From NCBI RefSeq assembly GCF_009914755.1, contig NC_060925.1: a stretch of DNA of 64,000 bases; one strand, given 5' to 3'. Of this stretch, positions 43,608 through 58,953 are shown one piece after another (within the stretch, counting starts at the first letter, position 1; the number at the start of each line of letters is the position of its first letter). This stretch comes from the human T2T-CHM13v2.0 reference genome, Homo sapiens. Position numbers and translations under genes: made by a program. The notes under the pieces were generated by a model. The model searched no databases. It worked only from the letters and a program-made list of their open reading frames with translations, and was not told where the DNA came from.

Positions 43608-43943
43608 GTTATTCTGGGTGGCCTGGCATGCAGTGTCCCCAGCCACGCGTCTCAGCATGTCCTGCAAATGAGCACATCAGCACTAGCCTAGCACAAACCC
43701 CAGGGCCACCTGCAGAAACGGCCACCAGGAAAAAGCACATTCTCCCAGCTAGCCTTTCCCATGATCCAAGTATGAAGAGTGGCCAGGAAAACACTTACCT
43801 CTTAAAATCAGGGAAAACAAGACCCAAAGTTAAGTCATCCCTTTTTGCCCATATCAAGATATGTTTGATGATTTGGCTTGATTTACTATGAAGGCTTTCT
43901 ATATGTTCCTTAGAGATTTTACATTCCTGGATTCTAAATATGA

Positions 43944-44293
<350 letters not shown>

Positions 44294-44596
44294 ATCCAAG
44301 CCTTTTTAAAGTCAAGTTCCCTTGACTTTTTCTGGAGGATTTAGTTGTAGACATATTTATTCAGAATTGATTAACTCGTCCGTCACACAAGGGCTACTTC
44401 ATAACTGTCTTGTTATTGTTAGAAAATATCATTTGTAGCCTTGCATAAGAAGTTTTTGGGGCAGGCGTTTTTTTTTAGTTTTGCTTTTTTTCAGAAAATT
44501 TAACTTAGAAAACTGCAATTCTGCCTTTAAGGTAAAGGTTTAGTGTGTTTAAGTCTCAGATTAGTATTCAAATTCTTTCTTTAAAAGTAGTTTTAA

Positions 44597-44754
44597 GGCC
44601 GGATGTGGTGGCTCACACCTGTAGTCCCAGCACTTTGGGAAGCCGAGGCAGGAGGCTTGCTTGAGCCCAGGAGTTTGAGGCTGCAGTGGACTGTGATCAC
44701 ACCACTGCCCTCCAGCCTGGGCCACAGGGTGACACACCAACTCCCAAACAAAAA
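44597..44754 (+). mobile_element. Alu monomer (FLAM-like or recombined arms)
   Basis: single arm ggccggatgtggtggctcacacctgtagtcccagcactttggga...ccagcctggg. Confidence 0.85.
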
Positions 44755-44773
44755 CGTAGTTACAATGTAACCT

Positions 44774-44936
44774 ATGATGGAAAAAGAAATCAATGTCCTT
44801 TCTGAAGCTTGTGGCTGCTCTGTGCTGCCTTAGAGATAATAGTGTGTAAGGCAGTACAGAGCGTCCACAAGATTCACTAAGGCAGCACAGAGCATCCACA
44901 AGATTCAGAAGGGACCTTGATTTCTTTTTCCATCAT
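44774..44936. repeat. 60-bp inverted repeat (56/60 complementary) with a 43-nt loop
   Basis: 44774-44833 is the reverse complement of 44877-44936. Confidence 0.95.
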
Positions 44937-44940
44937 GGGT

Positions 44941-45194
44941 GGTGAAACCCTGTCTGTTCTAAAAATACAAAAATTAGCTAGGCGTGGTGGCAGGTGAAAC
45001 CCTGCCTCTTCTAAAAATGCAAAAATTAGCCGGGTGTGGTGGCAGACGCCTGTAATCCCAGCTACTCAGGAGGCAAGGCAGGAGAATGGCTTGAACCCAG
45101 GAGGCGGAGGTTGCAGTGAACCGAGATGACACCACTGCCCTCCAGCCTGGGCGACAGAGCGAGACTCAGTTTCAAAAAAGAAAAGAAAAGAAAG
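44941..45194 (+). mobile_element. 5'-truncated Alu with an internal 52-bp tandem duplication
   Basis: 44941-44992 is repeated at 44993-45044. Confidence 0.92.
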
Positions 45195-45784
45195 AATGGT
45201 GTGTAAAGACTTAAGGGTAAAAGCAAGGCCCACCCTTACTACACATTTCTGCAGTAGCCACTACACGTTTCCTGCCGGGTGCTGGTGTGCTGAGCTCGCC
45301 ATTCACGTGCTGTTGCTGTGTTTGGGCGTGGACTCCAGCCCTTTTGCATGCTGACCTCACTCGTGTGGCATGGATGGTCGTAAGAAGAGTGTCCTGGCTT
45401 CCACCACCTTTTTAGTTATCCCTTGCTTACCTCCTGCCCCCAGCCTGCCTCCATGGCATACAGGGTAGCATGTGAAGAGTTTACTGGTATCCTAAAGGTT
45501 AAGAATGAAATATTTTAAGGTAGCCCATGAAAACGGAACTTTTTCCCAGCTTTTCAATGGATGTATTTTCTTATCCCCTGAATTACTTTGAAATGTTCCA
45601 AGCATATAGACAGGGTACAGTTCTTTTCAATTAATCTTAATCTCATTTGCAAAATGAGGGGATTGTACTGCATAGACCCAGTTTCATTAGCAATTTATTA
45701 TGGTCAGTTTGTATTACAAAACATCCGTAGATCTGTAGTAATTGGTCATCTTTAAGAAAGCAGAAAAATGATAATACAATAGCA

Positions 45785-46010
45785 AGTAATACTTATATAG
45801 CACCAGGGCAGGCACTGTTATAAACAAATAAACATACATGTATATTCACACATGCATATATGCATATGTATGAAATCCCACGTGCACATTTAATCTTCAC
45901 AATGCACAGTAACCCTGTAAAGTAGGTACTATTATTATCCCAGTTTTACAGATGAAGAAAGTGGGAAGTTAGTAATCTACCAGAGGCCACATGGCCGATA
46001 GCTGAGGTAG
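45785..46010 (-). mobile_element. MIR
   Basis: atttaatcttcacaa...aaccctgtaaagtaggtactattattatcccagttttacagatgaagaaa. Confidence 0.8.
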
Positions 46011-47083
46011 GAAATCAATACTTAATTGGCACATTTTATCATTTAAATTACACTCTAAATGAGATAGCTTTCACAAAGTCTCAGGTGATAAGCTTTGTTA
46101 AAAGAACGTTTAGTTAAACACTTTTTTTTTTTTTTTTACTGAAATCGCTGTATACTCTGTGAGGCCAGAAAGCTGACTTTGGTTTCTTCATTGAGCACTG
46201 TGAATATATTTGAAACCTGCACTTTTTCAGTGTTTCACTGTATAAAAATGATTGTGCTCATTGGAAAACATTGCGGTTTCTAAAATATTGAAATGACTTT
46301 GTTATTAAAATTCGTTAAAGTCACATTTCATTTTGATTTTTCTATCTTACCTCCATTTCTTTTGAAATTCTTAATTTCTTTTGAATTTCTCTAGTGGATC
46401 AAAATAAGAAATGTTGCATCTTCTTTGTTTTCACTATTTTAGTTATATACCTCTGGTTAAGTTTATTTTGCTATGTTATGTATATTTAACTAGTTTTTAC
46501 GGTGGAAGGTAAATGTAATTTTAAGAACAAAATTTTTTTCATGAATTCACTTAATGATTTTCAGGTTTTGTCATTTCTTCTTGCTTTAACATGAGTTTTG
46601 CCCTTTGTAACACTAGTAACACTCTTTAGTCAGCTAAAAGTTTTAGCTAGCAACATTTTTCTTTCATCTCTTTACCCCTCAGCTTTCCAATATTTAAAAT
46701 CAGGGTGCTGGTTCTCCAAGATCCCCTTCCAAGTCTGGAAAATGCATGTTTCATTATTTAGAATGATTTAAATGTTATTTCTAGGCCTGAAGATCAGTTC
46801 TGATGGATTCAGTGTGTCCTTTCTTGTCAATGCATCTGTTCTCTTAAACTCTTTGTTCACACTTTATGATTGGAGTGTGCATGGATTTTGTGGTTTCTGT
46901 CATTTTTGATGTTTCTCTAAATGTTTGAAGTGATTGGGAAAAGATGAAAAGGAAAGTTACACTATTATGATTGTGTGTGGGTGGGAAGGTGTCCGGCCTA
47001 AAGTGAGGTACATAAGAAACATTCTTCATAAGTCTTGTTTCAAAATATATTTTAAAAATCTGACTGTCTTGGTTTTCATACAG

Positions 47084-47165
47084 GATGACCCCATAGGAAA
47101 TATTAACCTGGCCATGGAAATCGCTGAGAAGCACCTGGATATTCCTAAAATGTTGGATGCTGAAG
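47084..47165 (+). CDS. ACTN2: ACTN2 exon 7 ([27 protein letters not shown])
   Basis: ttttcatacag acceptor, G|gtgaga donor, 82 nt. Confidence 0.97.
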
Positions 47166-48025
47166 GTGAGATGAAAATTGTGTTTGCTGAGTTACAGGAA
47201 ATTTGAAGACTACAAATGTTATGGCTACACATTGGGACCTTGCAAAATTTTATAGCGAAGTTACATCCGAAGTACTTTGGATTCCTAACAAATTTCTGTC
47301 ACTGGCCACATAAGTAGTAGAGATTTTCATGTGTAGCTTGTTCATAAAATTTGTTTTTAAAAATTGTACCCTCAAACAAGCCAGCAAAATTACAGGAAAA
47401 GGATTTGGTAAAAAGTTCAGCTTTGGCTAAGAAACAAAATGCTTTTATTTATAATTTTAAAAAAACATTTCCTGTATTTATTTTTTCCAACAACATAATG
47501 TTTTCTCCCTAACCACTTAGAGACAAGTGTAGCAAATAAATCCCTTTGTGACATACTTAAGAGAAAAAAATTCCTTCCTTCCAGCCAGAAGTTAGAGAAT
47601 TGAAATATAGAATATGGAGCATTCAACCATCAGTGTACCATCCAAACTTTCACATATTGTTTTTAATTCATCTAAATTTAATTTATTTAGAGCTGAAAGA
47701 ACTTCCATATATTTTGCACTTCAGTATCACTCATTCTGGGGACTTGTTTCAAATACTTTTTGTCCCTTTTATATGGTGAATTTGTGTGAGCTGTACCTAC
47801 AGCAGACCACTGAAAGCACAAATGTGTGGACACCATTCGTTCATTTTATTTATTCATGATTTATGCCCTCAAGAAGCTTATATTCATATATTACTTTGTT
47901 CGTTATTGTAAATATTATTATTCCCTAGTGGTCCATTACTTCCACTAATTAGTGATGTTGGGGAAAACTAAGGAAATTGATTATAGTCAGTCGTCAATCT
48001 TCCATTCCTCTTTGCTTTTGGTAAT

Positions 48026-48779
<754 letters not shown>

Positions 48780-50283
48780 GCAATCTTTCAATTAGAACTC
48801 TAATTTTGCTCATTAATTAATCATTTTAATCAAACATCTGTATTATTGGCTATTAATACTTGAATGCATTATTCGGAATTCTACTTATAGTTTCTCTAAA
48901 AGTCATTAGAGGGACAAAGTCTATAAAACACTGAAGTAGGAACATAGGAAATTTCCTTTCCTCTTTTTCCATCTGTCCTAAGCTAAGTTTATATTTGTAT
49001 GCTCTTTCTTTTGACCTTTCATATGATAAATAACTATCTCGAGTTTTCCCACTTGGGTTAATAGCCAGGGTACTAAAGAGAGGAGAAAATAGGCAACAGT
49101 TAGTAAATTTTCCAGTTTATTCATGCCTCCCTAGTATCCTAAACTGGGGATGAGTTTCCTATTCACTCACGTAGAATTATTGGCAGGATCATCATCAGTG
49201 TTACTCTGGCGCTGCTAATATTCTCTTCTCAGTTCTTTGGTTTTTCCTTAGTCTCTGAGTCCTGATCTGGGCAGATGTCCATTCTGCTCATCCTTCCAGG
49301 CAGATGGGGTGTGTTAGCACTGTGTTCATTTCCTCCTCCTCATCTTCCATACTTTTCTTCGTCTTTCCCTTTTAATGGTTCAGAAGAATGCTCACACGCT
49401 GTATTATTATCTTTACAGAATAATTGCTCAAAAGAATCTTCCGGCAAACAGTTCTGAACTTGGCCACCTAGCGTGTAGAGCGTGCGGTGGCATCACTGCC
49501 TAACAGATTTAGCCACGCATTCCCTGTATTCCTGTATTCCCATGCCTTCTATCAGCAGTTTAAAATTTCTGCTGCTCTTTGATGGTAATGTCAGGTCCAG
49601 GTCTCCTCAGATCATGAGTGCCTTTTGGTAAATCCTTGCCTTCCCGTCTGCTGCCATGGACCTTAATTCCTGTCATTTGTGTTGGTCTCTGAACCCAAGT
49701 GGGGATTTTCAAGTGACTCATCGGCCCACTCACCCATGAACTGTTATTTGTAGCAAAAACTGGTGAAACTCTTCCTAAACTTATCTACTGTGCTTTTAAA
49801 AGGTTGTAAAAATTGTTTCTCTATTTCCCTCCACAAATCTTTGTTTGAGGTGCAGACTAGGTTTAGAACTGTGGGTACATTTGCTCCATGAAAACCTGCA
49901 GAAGTGATCTTGTGGACCCCTGGGCCTTCCATGTGTGTAGTAATAGAAAGTCCTGGTGAGTGTGCTGGTGTGTGCACTCTGTTCAATTCCGAGGGCCTAA
50001 TTCTGTCCGTGGAGGTGCCTTTCTTGCTAGGTTAGGGCTCTTCTGGGTTAGCCTTGGCGTTCTCTTTGGCAATTCCTTTGTTTCCTTTGACTATTCTCAA
50101 AAGTGCACAGAGAGTAATCCCTTTGCAGGTGTGACTTCTTTGATTTGAGCCAAAATGTTAGGAACATAAGTGTATGGGGGCGAGGGGGGAGGATTCCTGA
50201 TTCCAACACCTCTGAGGAAGTGCTTAGCAGAAGCCTGCTGGTATTAGAACATCCACGCGGTTAACCTTCTTTTCTCCACACAG

Positions 50284-50369
50284 ATTTAGTATACACTGCC
50301 AGACCCGATGAAAGAGCCATAATGACTTATGTTTCCTGTTACTATCATGCTTTTGCTGGTGCACAGAAG
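50284..50369 (+). CDS. ACTN2: ACTN2 alternative (mutually exclusive) exon 8, upstream copy '8a' ([29 protein letters not shown])
   Basis: ggttaac branch-like site, strong pyrimidine tract and cag acceptor, AAG|gtgagg donor, 86 nt, open frame, 22/29 aa identical to the downstream copy. Confidence 0.93.
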
Positions 50370-51485
50370 GTGAGGATGTAAACCATGAGTCACTGCTCAC
50401 CCTTCACCTTCTGTGTCTTAATTTTTTTTCAATTGTTTTCCTCTTTTTTCCCCCCTCTCCTCCGAGTAAGGAGACTGTCTGGTTCCCAGGAGGCAGTTGT
50501 TTGTCTTTTTTAGTCTAGCTTTCTTTGAAACTTACTTTCTGTTCATGCAGTGGTATGCCGTTCATGTTTGTTTTCTGGAAGATTCCATAGTTACACAACC
50601 CCACATCCTTTCTGTTCATAGTCTCTGCAAACCCAATGACTAGGTTTCACCATAGGGAATTGTCAGGTATCTTTTTAACTTCACTCTGACCCATTGACTG
50701 ACCCAAGTTTATGAACGAGGTTAAAAAGCAACTTACCGAAAAATGGTGTTGCCAAGATGGAGGAAGAAAGGATGTAGGTTTTCATGGTTCTGTTTTCTGT
50801 CTTCCTTTTGGCTGTTTCAGCAATTAGTAGAAATAGTAGCGAGTCTTAATAAGCACAAGCCATGTAGACCCTTCTCTTTAGATGTTTTGTTATTCTTGGT
50901 GATTTCTATAAGCGGTATGGTAAGTATGTATTGAAGTTATTAAAAGAGCTGCCCTCTCCAGTGAATTTCATCCTCACGCAAGGCACTTTACAGAGTAGAA
51001 ATCCCCAACAGTTGTTTGGGTGGGGAAGGGGAAGTGGGAAGACAGATAGCCCATTGCAGCCCTGTGAATATTCCCCGCATCTTGCAAAGTGACCTGCGTT
51101 CCCCAGAGCAGAGGGGCCGGGTGCCCTGATGCGGTTGGAGGACCGGAGTCACGAGGAAGGGGTAACAAGCTCTGATCTGCAACAGACCAGGTTTCCATGT
51201 GAAAGCATTGAATGCACCTTTAAAAGCCCATCAAGGGGTGGGGGAGAAAACAAGCCCTCAGTTTGATCCTTAAAAAACATGCTGGCTCAAACCATCCTGT
51301 TCACGAATCATTTCGATACAATATGGCCTTCCTGAGGTTCGGGACCACGGGCCCATGAAACACAGAAATCTGGTCAGTGTAAACCAATTTGTTCTTCCCT
51401 CTGTTCTCCCTGGTTTCTCTCCTTCGTCTGTATGTGTGTGGTGTGTGTGTGTGCGCGCGTCCTGTGTTATTTTCTCCCCCTTCAG

Positions 51486-51571
51486 ACATCGTGAACACCC
51501 CTAAACCCGATGAAAGAGCCATCATGACGTACGTCTCTTGCTTCTACCACGCTTTTGCGGGCGCGGAGCAG
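51486..51571 (+). CDS. ACTN2: ACTN2 exon 8, downstream copy '8b', canonical muscle form ([29 protein letters not shown])
   Basis: tttctcccccttcag acceptor, CAG|gtactc donor, 86 nt. Confidence 0.96.
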
Positions 51572-52408
51572 GTACTCAACACTTGTCCGTCCGGGCTGTT
51601 GTGTTACTCTCTGTTGGTTTTAGTTGTGTGTGCATACTTGAGTGTGTGTTTGTGCGCTTCACATCTTACCTTGGAATCTTTCTGAGTGTTTTCTAATAAC
51701 CTCATATGGCAAGTTCTAAACTGTGAAAACTTTTTTTTAACAGCTTTAACTTTAGACAGTTCCTGAAATGTTTTTATGTGTTTTACTTTTAATGCATTTC
51801 CTTTATTTCATTAGTAAGTTGTGGAAAGTATTTGTGCTTTAGAAAAAAAATGCCATGAAAATTGAGCCACATGCATTGAATGGTAAAGGGGGACTGTGGC
51901 AAGGAGAAATGAATGCCTTTCCAACCCGGCCTTATTCTCTGCTTAGAAATTGCCTTCACAGTTCCGTGATTTGGTCTAACATCCTTCAAGACTAATCTTA
52001 TTTTAAGTGAAATAGTGGAAGGGATAACAGAGTTGGAACCTCAAAAAATTTCACATTTCTCAAGACAAATAGCCCAAGGGACCTTGAGGAAGAATGGCCC
52101 TCAGCTTTCTGCATATTCACCTGTTTCTGTTCCTCTCCTTGGAGGATCTTGATAGACTGCAGTGGGCGGAGTATGCATTATTTCAGTGACCGCTGTGAAG
52201 CCCATCACTGGGAAAGGATGCTAACAGGCTGATGAGGACTTTAAAGGAAAGGCCTGGGGACAGGCTGCGGGCCCAGAAGCCAGTTAGGCAAGCTTCTCTT
52301 GTTCCATCAGACAGTTATGGTTCAAGGCGCTTTGCCACTCCTGCCCCAAGTTCCTTTCCACGAAAGATGACAGAGAATTGTGTATTACCTCAATGACTTC
52401 TCATCTAG

Positions 52409-52569
<161 letters not shown>

Positions 52570-52971
52570 TAATGTTATTCAGGGAGTCTCCATCCCATCG
52601 TCATGAGATCAGTGGAGAGTTCAGGTGGACATTCAGGGACCCAAGATCTTGGTTTCCTGGACCCAAATATTTCTGTGACTAACTTGCTGGATGTTTACCG
52701 AGTTTGTGTTTTAGACTAATGCTCTCTCCCCGTTATTCCCTACAGTCTAATCAGCCTGCCGTGTAAGTCTGTGTGAAAACTGTAACAAAGGTGTGAAATG
52801 ATTCATAGTACGCATAAGCCATGCCTTCAGTCTGACCGCACCCTAAGCTAGACTCTGCACCGTCTACAGCACGCCACCCTCCTCGTCCCCTCTCATCACC
52901 CACCTCGTTCCATGCTGTGTGTGCGCATTCCCGTCGACAGAGCCGTCCTGTTTACCTATTGTGTTTTACAG

Positions 52972-53064
52972 GCCGAGACAGCGGCTAACAGGATATGTAA
53001 GGTTCTTGCTGTGAATCAAGAGAATGAGAGGCTGATGGAAGAATATGAGAGGCTAGCGAGTGAG
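52972..53064 (+). CDS. ACTN2: ACTN2 exon 9 ([31 protein letters not shown]; neck)
   Basis: gtgttttacag acceptor, GAG|gtaaag donor, 93 nt. Confidence 0.97.
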
Positions 53065-53145
53065 GTAAAGGAAACTGGTGACCTGCAGTTCTGTCCATCC
53101 TCACGCAGGGGCTGAGGCACAGAGGGTGAAAAAATACTCCGTGGG

Positions 53146-53147
<2 letters not shown>

Positions 53148-53213
<66 letters not shown>
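53148..53213. repeat. perfect (TA)33 microsatellite
   Basis: direct count, 66 nt. Confidence 0.97.
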
Positions 53214-53220
<7 letters not shown>

Positions 53221-53834
53221 TTTTTCATCTCAGATAGGATGAAAGTAGGAAAATACACTTGATCTCTGAGGTTGTTCCTATTGTAGTAACCTAACTTTTG
53301 GCAAAAACATAATCCCCAGTGGTCTTTCCAACGATCCCAAAGCAGAAAGGTATAGTTTGCATGTCTGAAGATAGGAGAATGCGATTCTCTGCTCAGCTCT
53401 GCACCTCCAGGGTTGGACACCCCTAGACGACCTTGGGTTACTTGTTTTTTTTTTTTTCCTGTTCACTGGCTACCAACATCACATAGGATGCACTCCACAT
53501 GCAAAAGCCTCACTCCACATAGGGACCCAGTGTCAAAGGAACTGGCCCAGCCTGGTGTGCGGAGCTGGCTCGGGCTCGTGTGTCTGTATAAATACCCAGA
53601 GGAAATCTGGGGAAGACAGAGCCCTCCCTGCAGAATATTTGAGCATGAGTTTCTGTGGTGCCTTTCCAGAGCTCTTCAGCTAGACTCTTGGTTAGGACAG
53701 CAGTTTCCAGGTTGTTTTTCTTTTCGTTCTTGTTATAGCATACGTAGCGACTACGCAGTGTCCTCGCTGCATCTGCACTGTTTTCCCAAATACAAGCATG
53801 GGCTGCATGAGGCCCCCAGCCACCTCCTCTCTAA

Positions 53835-54212
<378 letters not shown>

Positions 54213-55069
54213 TAATTTAGCTGATATTTGGTCTTTATTGGGAAAAGTATCAGGACATTTGGAATAAATGTTCCAATAAATAGTAGTGTAACTTTATGAT
54301 ACTGAGTTCATATCTTCATACTGCTGCTATAGAAAAATTAAGCTTGATGGCATTGTTGAATGGCAGTGACAGGGTTGCCAGACATGAAGCATGGCCAGTA
54401 CTGAAGGCCAGAGGTTCCTTAGGAATTCAATTCTTCCTTTTCTTATTGGGTCCTTCATTTATCCTCCTAAAACCCTTAGACTCTAGGTATATCACCATTT
54501 AAACTATTTTTCATTCGAATCTGCTGTCATTTTCCAAGTGCTCAGTAGGCATAAGTGTAAATGATGGGGTTTTCAGCAAGTCATTTCTAAGACCTAGGTA
54601 GTAATTCAAGAGGTGCATGTGTATTTTGTCCTTAGGGATTCACTACCACGTTCGCTTTTATCATGCAGATTTACTTAAAAGCTAGACGTCAAAATACACT
54701 TTGGCATTGAGTTAGGCCCAGGCTTACAATACAGTTGTGTAGTAAGTAATCTAATTAGATTTGAGCTTATTTTTTAAAAACACATTTTAAGTGAAATCCA
54801 GTTCTTTGCTGAATTTATTACACTACAGTTCTGCCATGTCAAGTATTTTGGGGTTGTTTTGTTTTGTTTTTTGTTTTTTTAATTTGAAAGCTCCATCCAG
54901 CATTTGTCTGCTAATGTCTGGTCCCTGAGTTTCTTGTAAACGTCACATTTTTGTAAGACATGACTTTACGTGCTCACTTTAAGTTTTCGACCTGTGTTTG
55001 GTATCGTTGGGGTGATCACTCGCGGCCATGGGCGGACACTGAACATCTCGTTCATGCCTCTGTGCGTAG

Positions 55070-55483
<414 letters not shown>

Positions 55484-55794
55484 TAAAGGCGTTTGACCTG
55501 GGTCAGGAGGAGGCATTGACTTCTTGAATCTTTTTAGTTGTGTGAATATCACTTTGGCCCTGTAACCACTTTGTTCTTAATACTTTTCTCCCAACCATCA
55601 TGTACTTCTTGAATCCAGCTGCCACTGGGGTACAGTGTCCCACAAAGAGCAGACCTTTAGGAAACGCTCGATGAACAGCCTCTTTCTCTCGTCCCTCCTC
55701 ATGGCCTTGGCCCCTCATGTCCACCAGCATCTAGATCATGTGTCTTCTGTTCCCTGCTGTTACAAGCTACCCATCTCACCTTCGCAAAGTCTGA

Positions 55795-56310
<516 letters not shown>

Positions 56311-56349
56311 CCAACTCACTCACTTCTCTTACCCTTCAACTTGCAGTAA

Positions 56350-56735
<386 letters not shown>

Positions 56736-56939
56736 TGACCCAGCTGCCCATTTCCCCATTCTTGAAGTTCTTCCTACTTTGGCCCTCCTGTTTCTTCCTC
56801 CTTCACCAGCGAGGCCTTCTCCATCTCTGTTCAAGGCCTTGCCTCCTCCCTCTACCTGTAGATGTTGGTGATTCTCAGGCTTGGTGCTGAGCCCTCTTCA
56901 TCTTTATACCCTCCAGGTGATCTCATCCAGGCCCATGGC

Positions 56940-57243
56940 TTGTTTTTTCTTTTTCCTTTTTTTTAAAAACATGGTCATGCTCTGTCACCCAGATTGGAGT
57001 GCAGTGGCACAATCACAGCTCACTGCAGCCTTAATCTCCTGGGCTCAAGTGATCCTCCCACCTCAACATCCTGAGTAGCTGGGACTACACGCACATCCCA
57101 CCATGCCTGGCTAATTATTTCTTTGCAGAGATGGGGTCTTGCTGTGTTGCCAGGGGCGGCCCAAACTCCTGGGCTCAAGCGATCCTCCCACCTCAGCCTC
57201 CCAAAGTGCTGGGATTATAGGCATGAGCGAGCATGCCTGGGCG
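56940..57243 (-). mobile_element. AluJ
   Basis: TSD ggcccatgg. Confidence 0.92.
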
Positions 57244-58332
57244 GGCCCATGGTTTTAATTGCCACCTAAATGCCAATACCTCTCAAATTTTACATTTCCA
57301 GCTCTGACTTTTCCCCAAATTCCAGGCCAGTATATCCACCTGGATATATTATAGCATATTAAACTGAACATATCCAAAAGAGTTCCTCCCGGTTTCCTCG
57401 ATCCTAGTAAATTCTATCACTGTCCTCTAAGTTGCCAACCCCCAAACCCAGGTTTCATCCTTGATTCTTCCCTTTCTGTCACTTTCTTACATCCAGTTCT
57501 TCAGCCAGTCCCATTGGCTCTTCTTCCAGAATACATCGTAAGTAAATGCTCTTAATCCCCTTCTCTTTACCTCCACGGCCACTGGCCTATCCAAAGCCAC
57601 CATTCTCTCTCCTTGGACCCTGCAAGTAACTGCTGACCGGTTCTTCTTTTTCTTTTGCCCCTTAAAATTCATCCCGCCTACATCAGCCTCTGTCGCCTTT
57701 TAAAAATGTGAATCAGATCTCATCTCCTTTCTTCTCAAAACCCTCCAGTGACTCCCCAAAGTATTGAGAGTAAAATCCATTTTCATTATCCTGGCCTATA
57801 AGGGCCTGCATGCTTGCCAAACGCATCTCTCCCTCTGCCCTGAGGCACTCCACCGCTGCCACACCCCCTGCCTGCCGTCCTTCCCGCACGCACAGCACAT
57901 CCCCTCTTGGGCGTTCGAGTTTTTTCCCCTTGCCCAGGAGCCCTCGTTTCCTACTTCCTCACATCACTGTCTTTTTCTGTCATTGAGGACTCAGCTCAAA
58001 TGCCCCCTCCTCGGAGGGGTCTTCTGTAAGTAACCTGCCACAGGGACCACCCTGACGGGCAGGGCTGGCAGTATCCCTTGACCCTGCTTTTTTTTTCCCA
58101 TACGGCATTTTGTTTATCGCTTTCCGAAATGAACTTGCTTAAGTACTTAATGACTGTCTCTCTCCCCCAACCACCATGGAAGCTGCATGGGAACGGGGAA
58201 CTTTAGAGGTGTTGTTTACCCTTACAGAGTTTCTCACTAGTGCCTGGTACATGCTAGATGCCCAGTAATTAGTTGTTGATGGCTGGCTGGCTGAACAATT
58301 CACCCCAGTCACTGAATAAGAGTTGTTTTGGA

Positions 58333-58462
58333 AGCCAGGTGTGGTGGCACATGCCTGTAATCCCGGCTACAGGGGAGGCCGAGGTGGGAGGATTGCCAGA
58401 GCCCAAGAGTTAGAGAACAGCAACATAGCGAGACTCCATTTCTTTAAAAAAAAACAAAACAA
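58333..58462 (+). mobile_element. FLAM-like Alu monomer
   Basis: single arm with A-rich tail; TSD-like gttgttttg. Confidence 0.8.
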
Positions 58463-58805
58463 TAATCATAATAAAAGGGTTGTTTTGAACTGAGTCATCT
58501 TGAGGCTTTATCTTCTTGTAGCCAGAAATTGTCAGCCCTCTACATCTTTGTCCACATCTGGAGAAGTGTCAGGATCGCTGATAACAACTATGTTAGTCTT
58601 AAAAGATCCCAGTGAATTGTAATTAAGACATTTGGAAGCCAAATAATTGAATGGTTATTGAGGTGGGGGGTAAGGAAGGAAAAGAAAACAAAAGGAAAAC
58701 ACCATCAAAATGTAGTGGAGGGATTTATAGAAGAAGCCTGAGAGGCCAGAATGTAACGAAGGTGCTTGTTACACATTTGCTTCCCTTGGCTTCCAACCAT
58801 CCCAG

Positions 58806-58953
58806 GATATTGCTGGTGCCTGGCAGAGGCTGGAGCAGGCTGAGAAGGGTTACGAGGAGTGGTTGCTCAATGAGATTCGGAGACTGGAGCGCTTGGAACA
58901 CCTGGCTGAGAAGTTCAGGCAGAAGGCCTCAACGCACGAGACTTGGGCTTATG
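58806..58953 (+). CDS. ACTN2: ACTN2 exon 11 ([49 protein letters not shown])
   Basis: ccatcccag acceptor, G|gtaagt donor, 148 nt. Confidence 0.97.

Noticed and set aside
50284-50369. Exon 8a as a pseudo-exon or assembly duplication
   Set aside because: It has many synonymous differences from 8b, an intact frame, strong splice signals and non-homologous flanks, which fits an old functional duplication.
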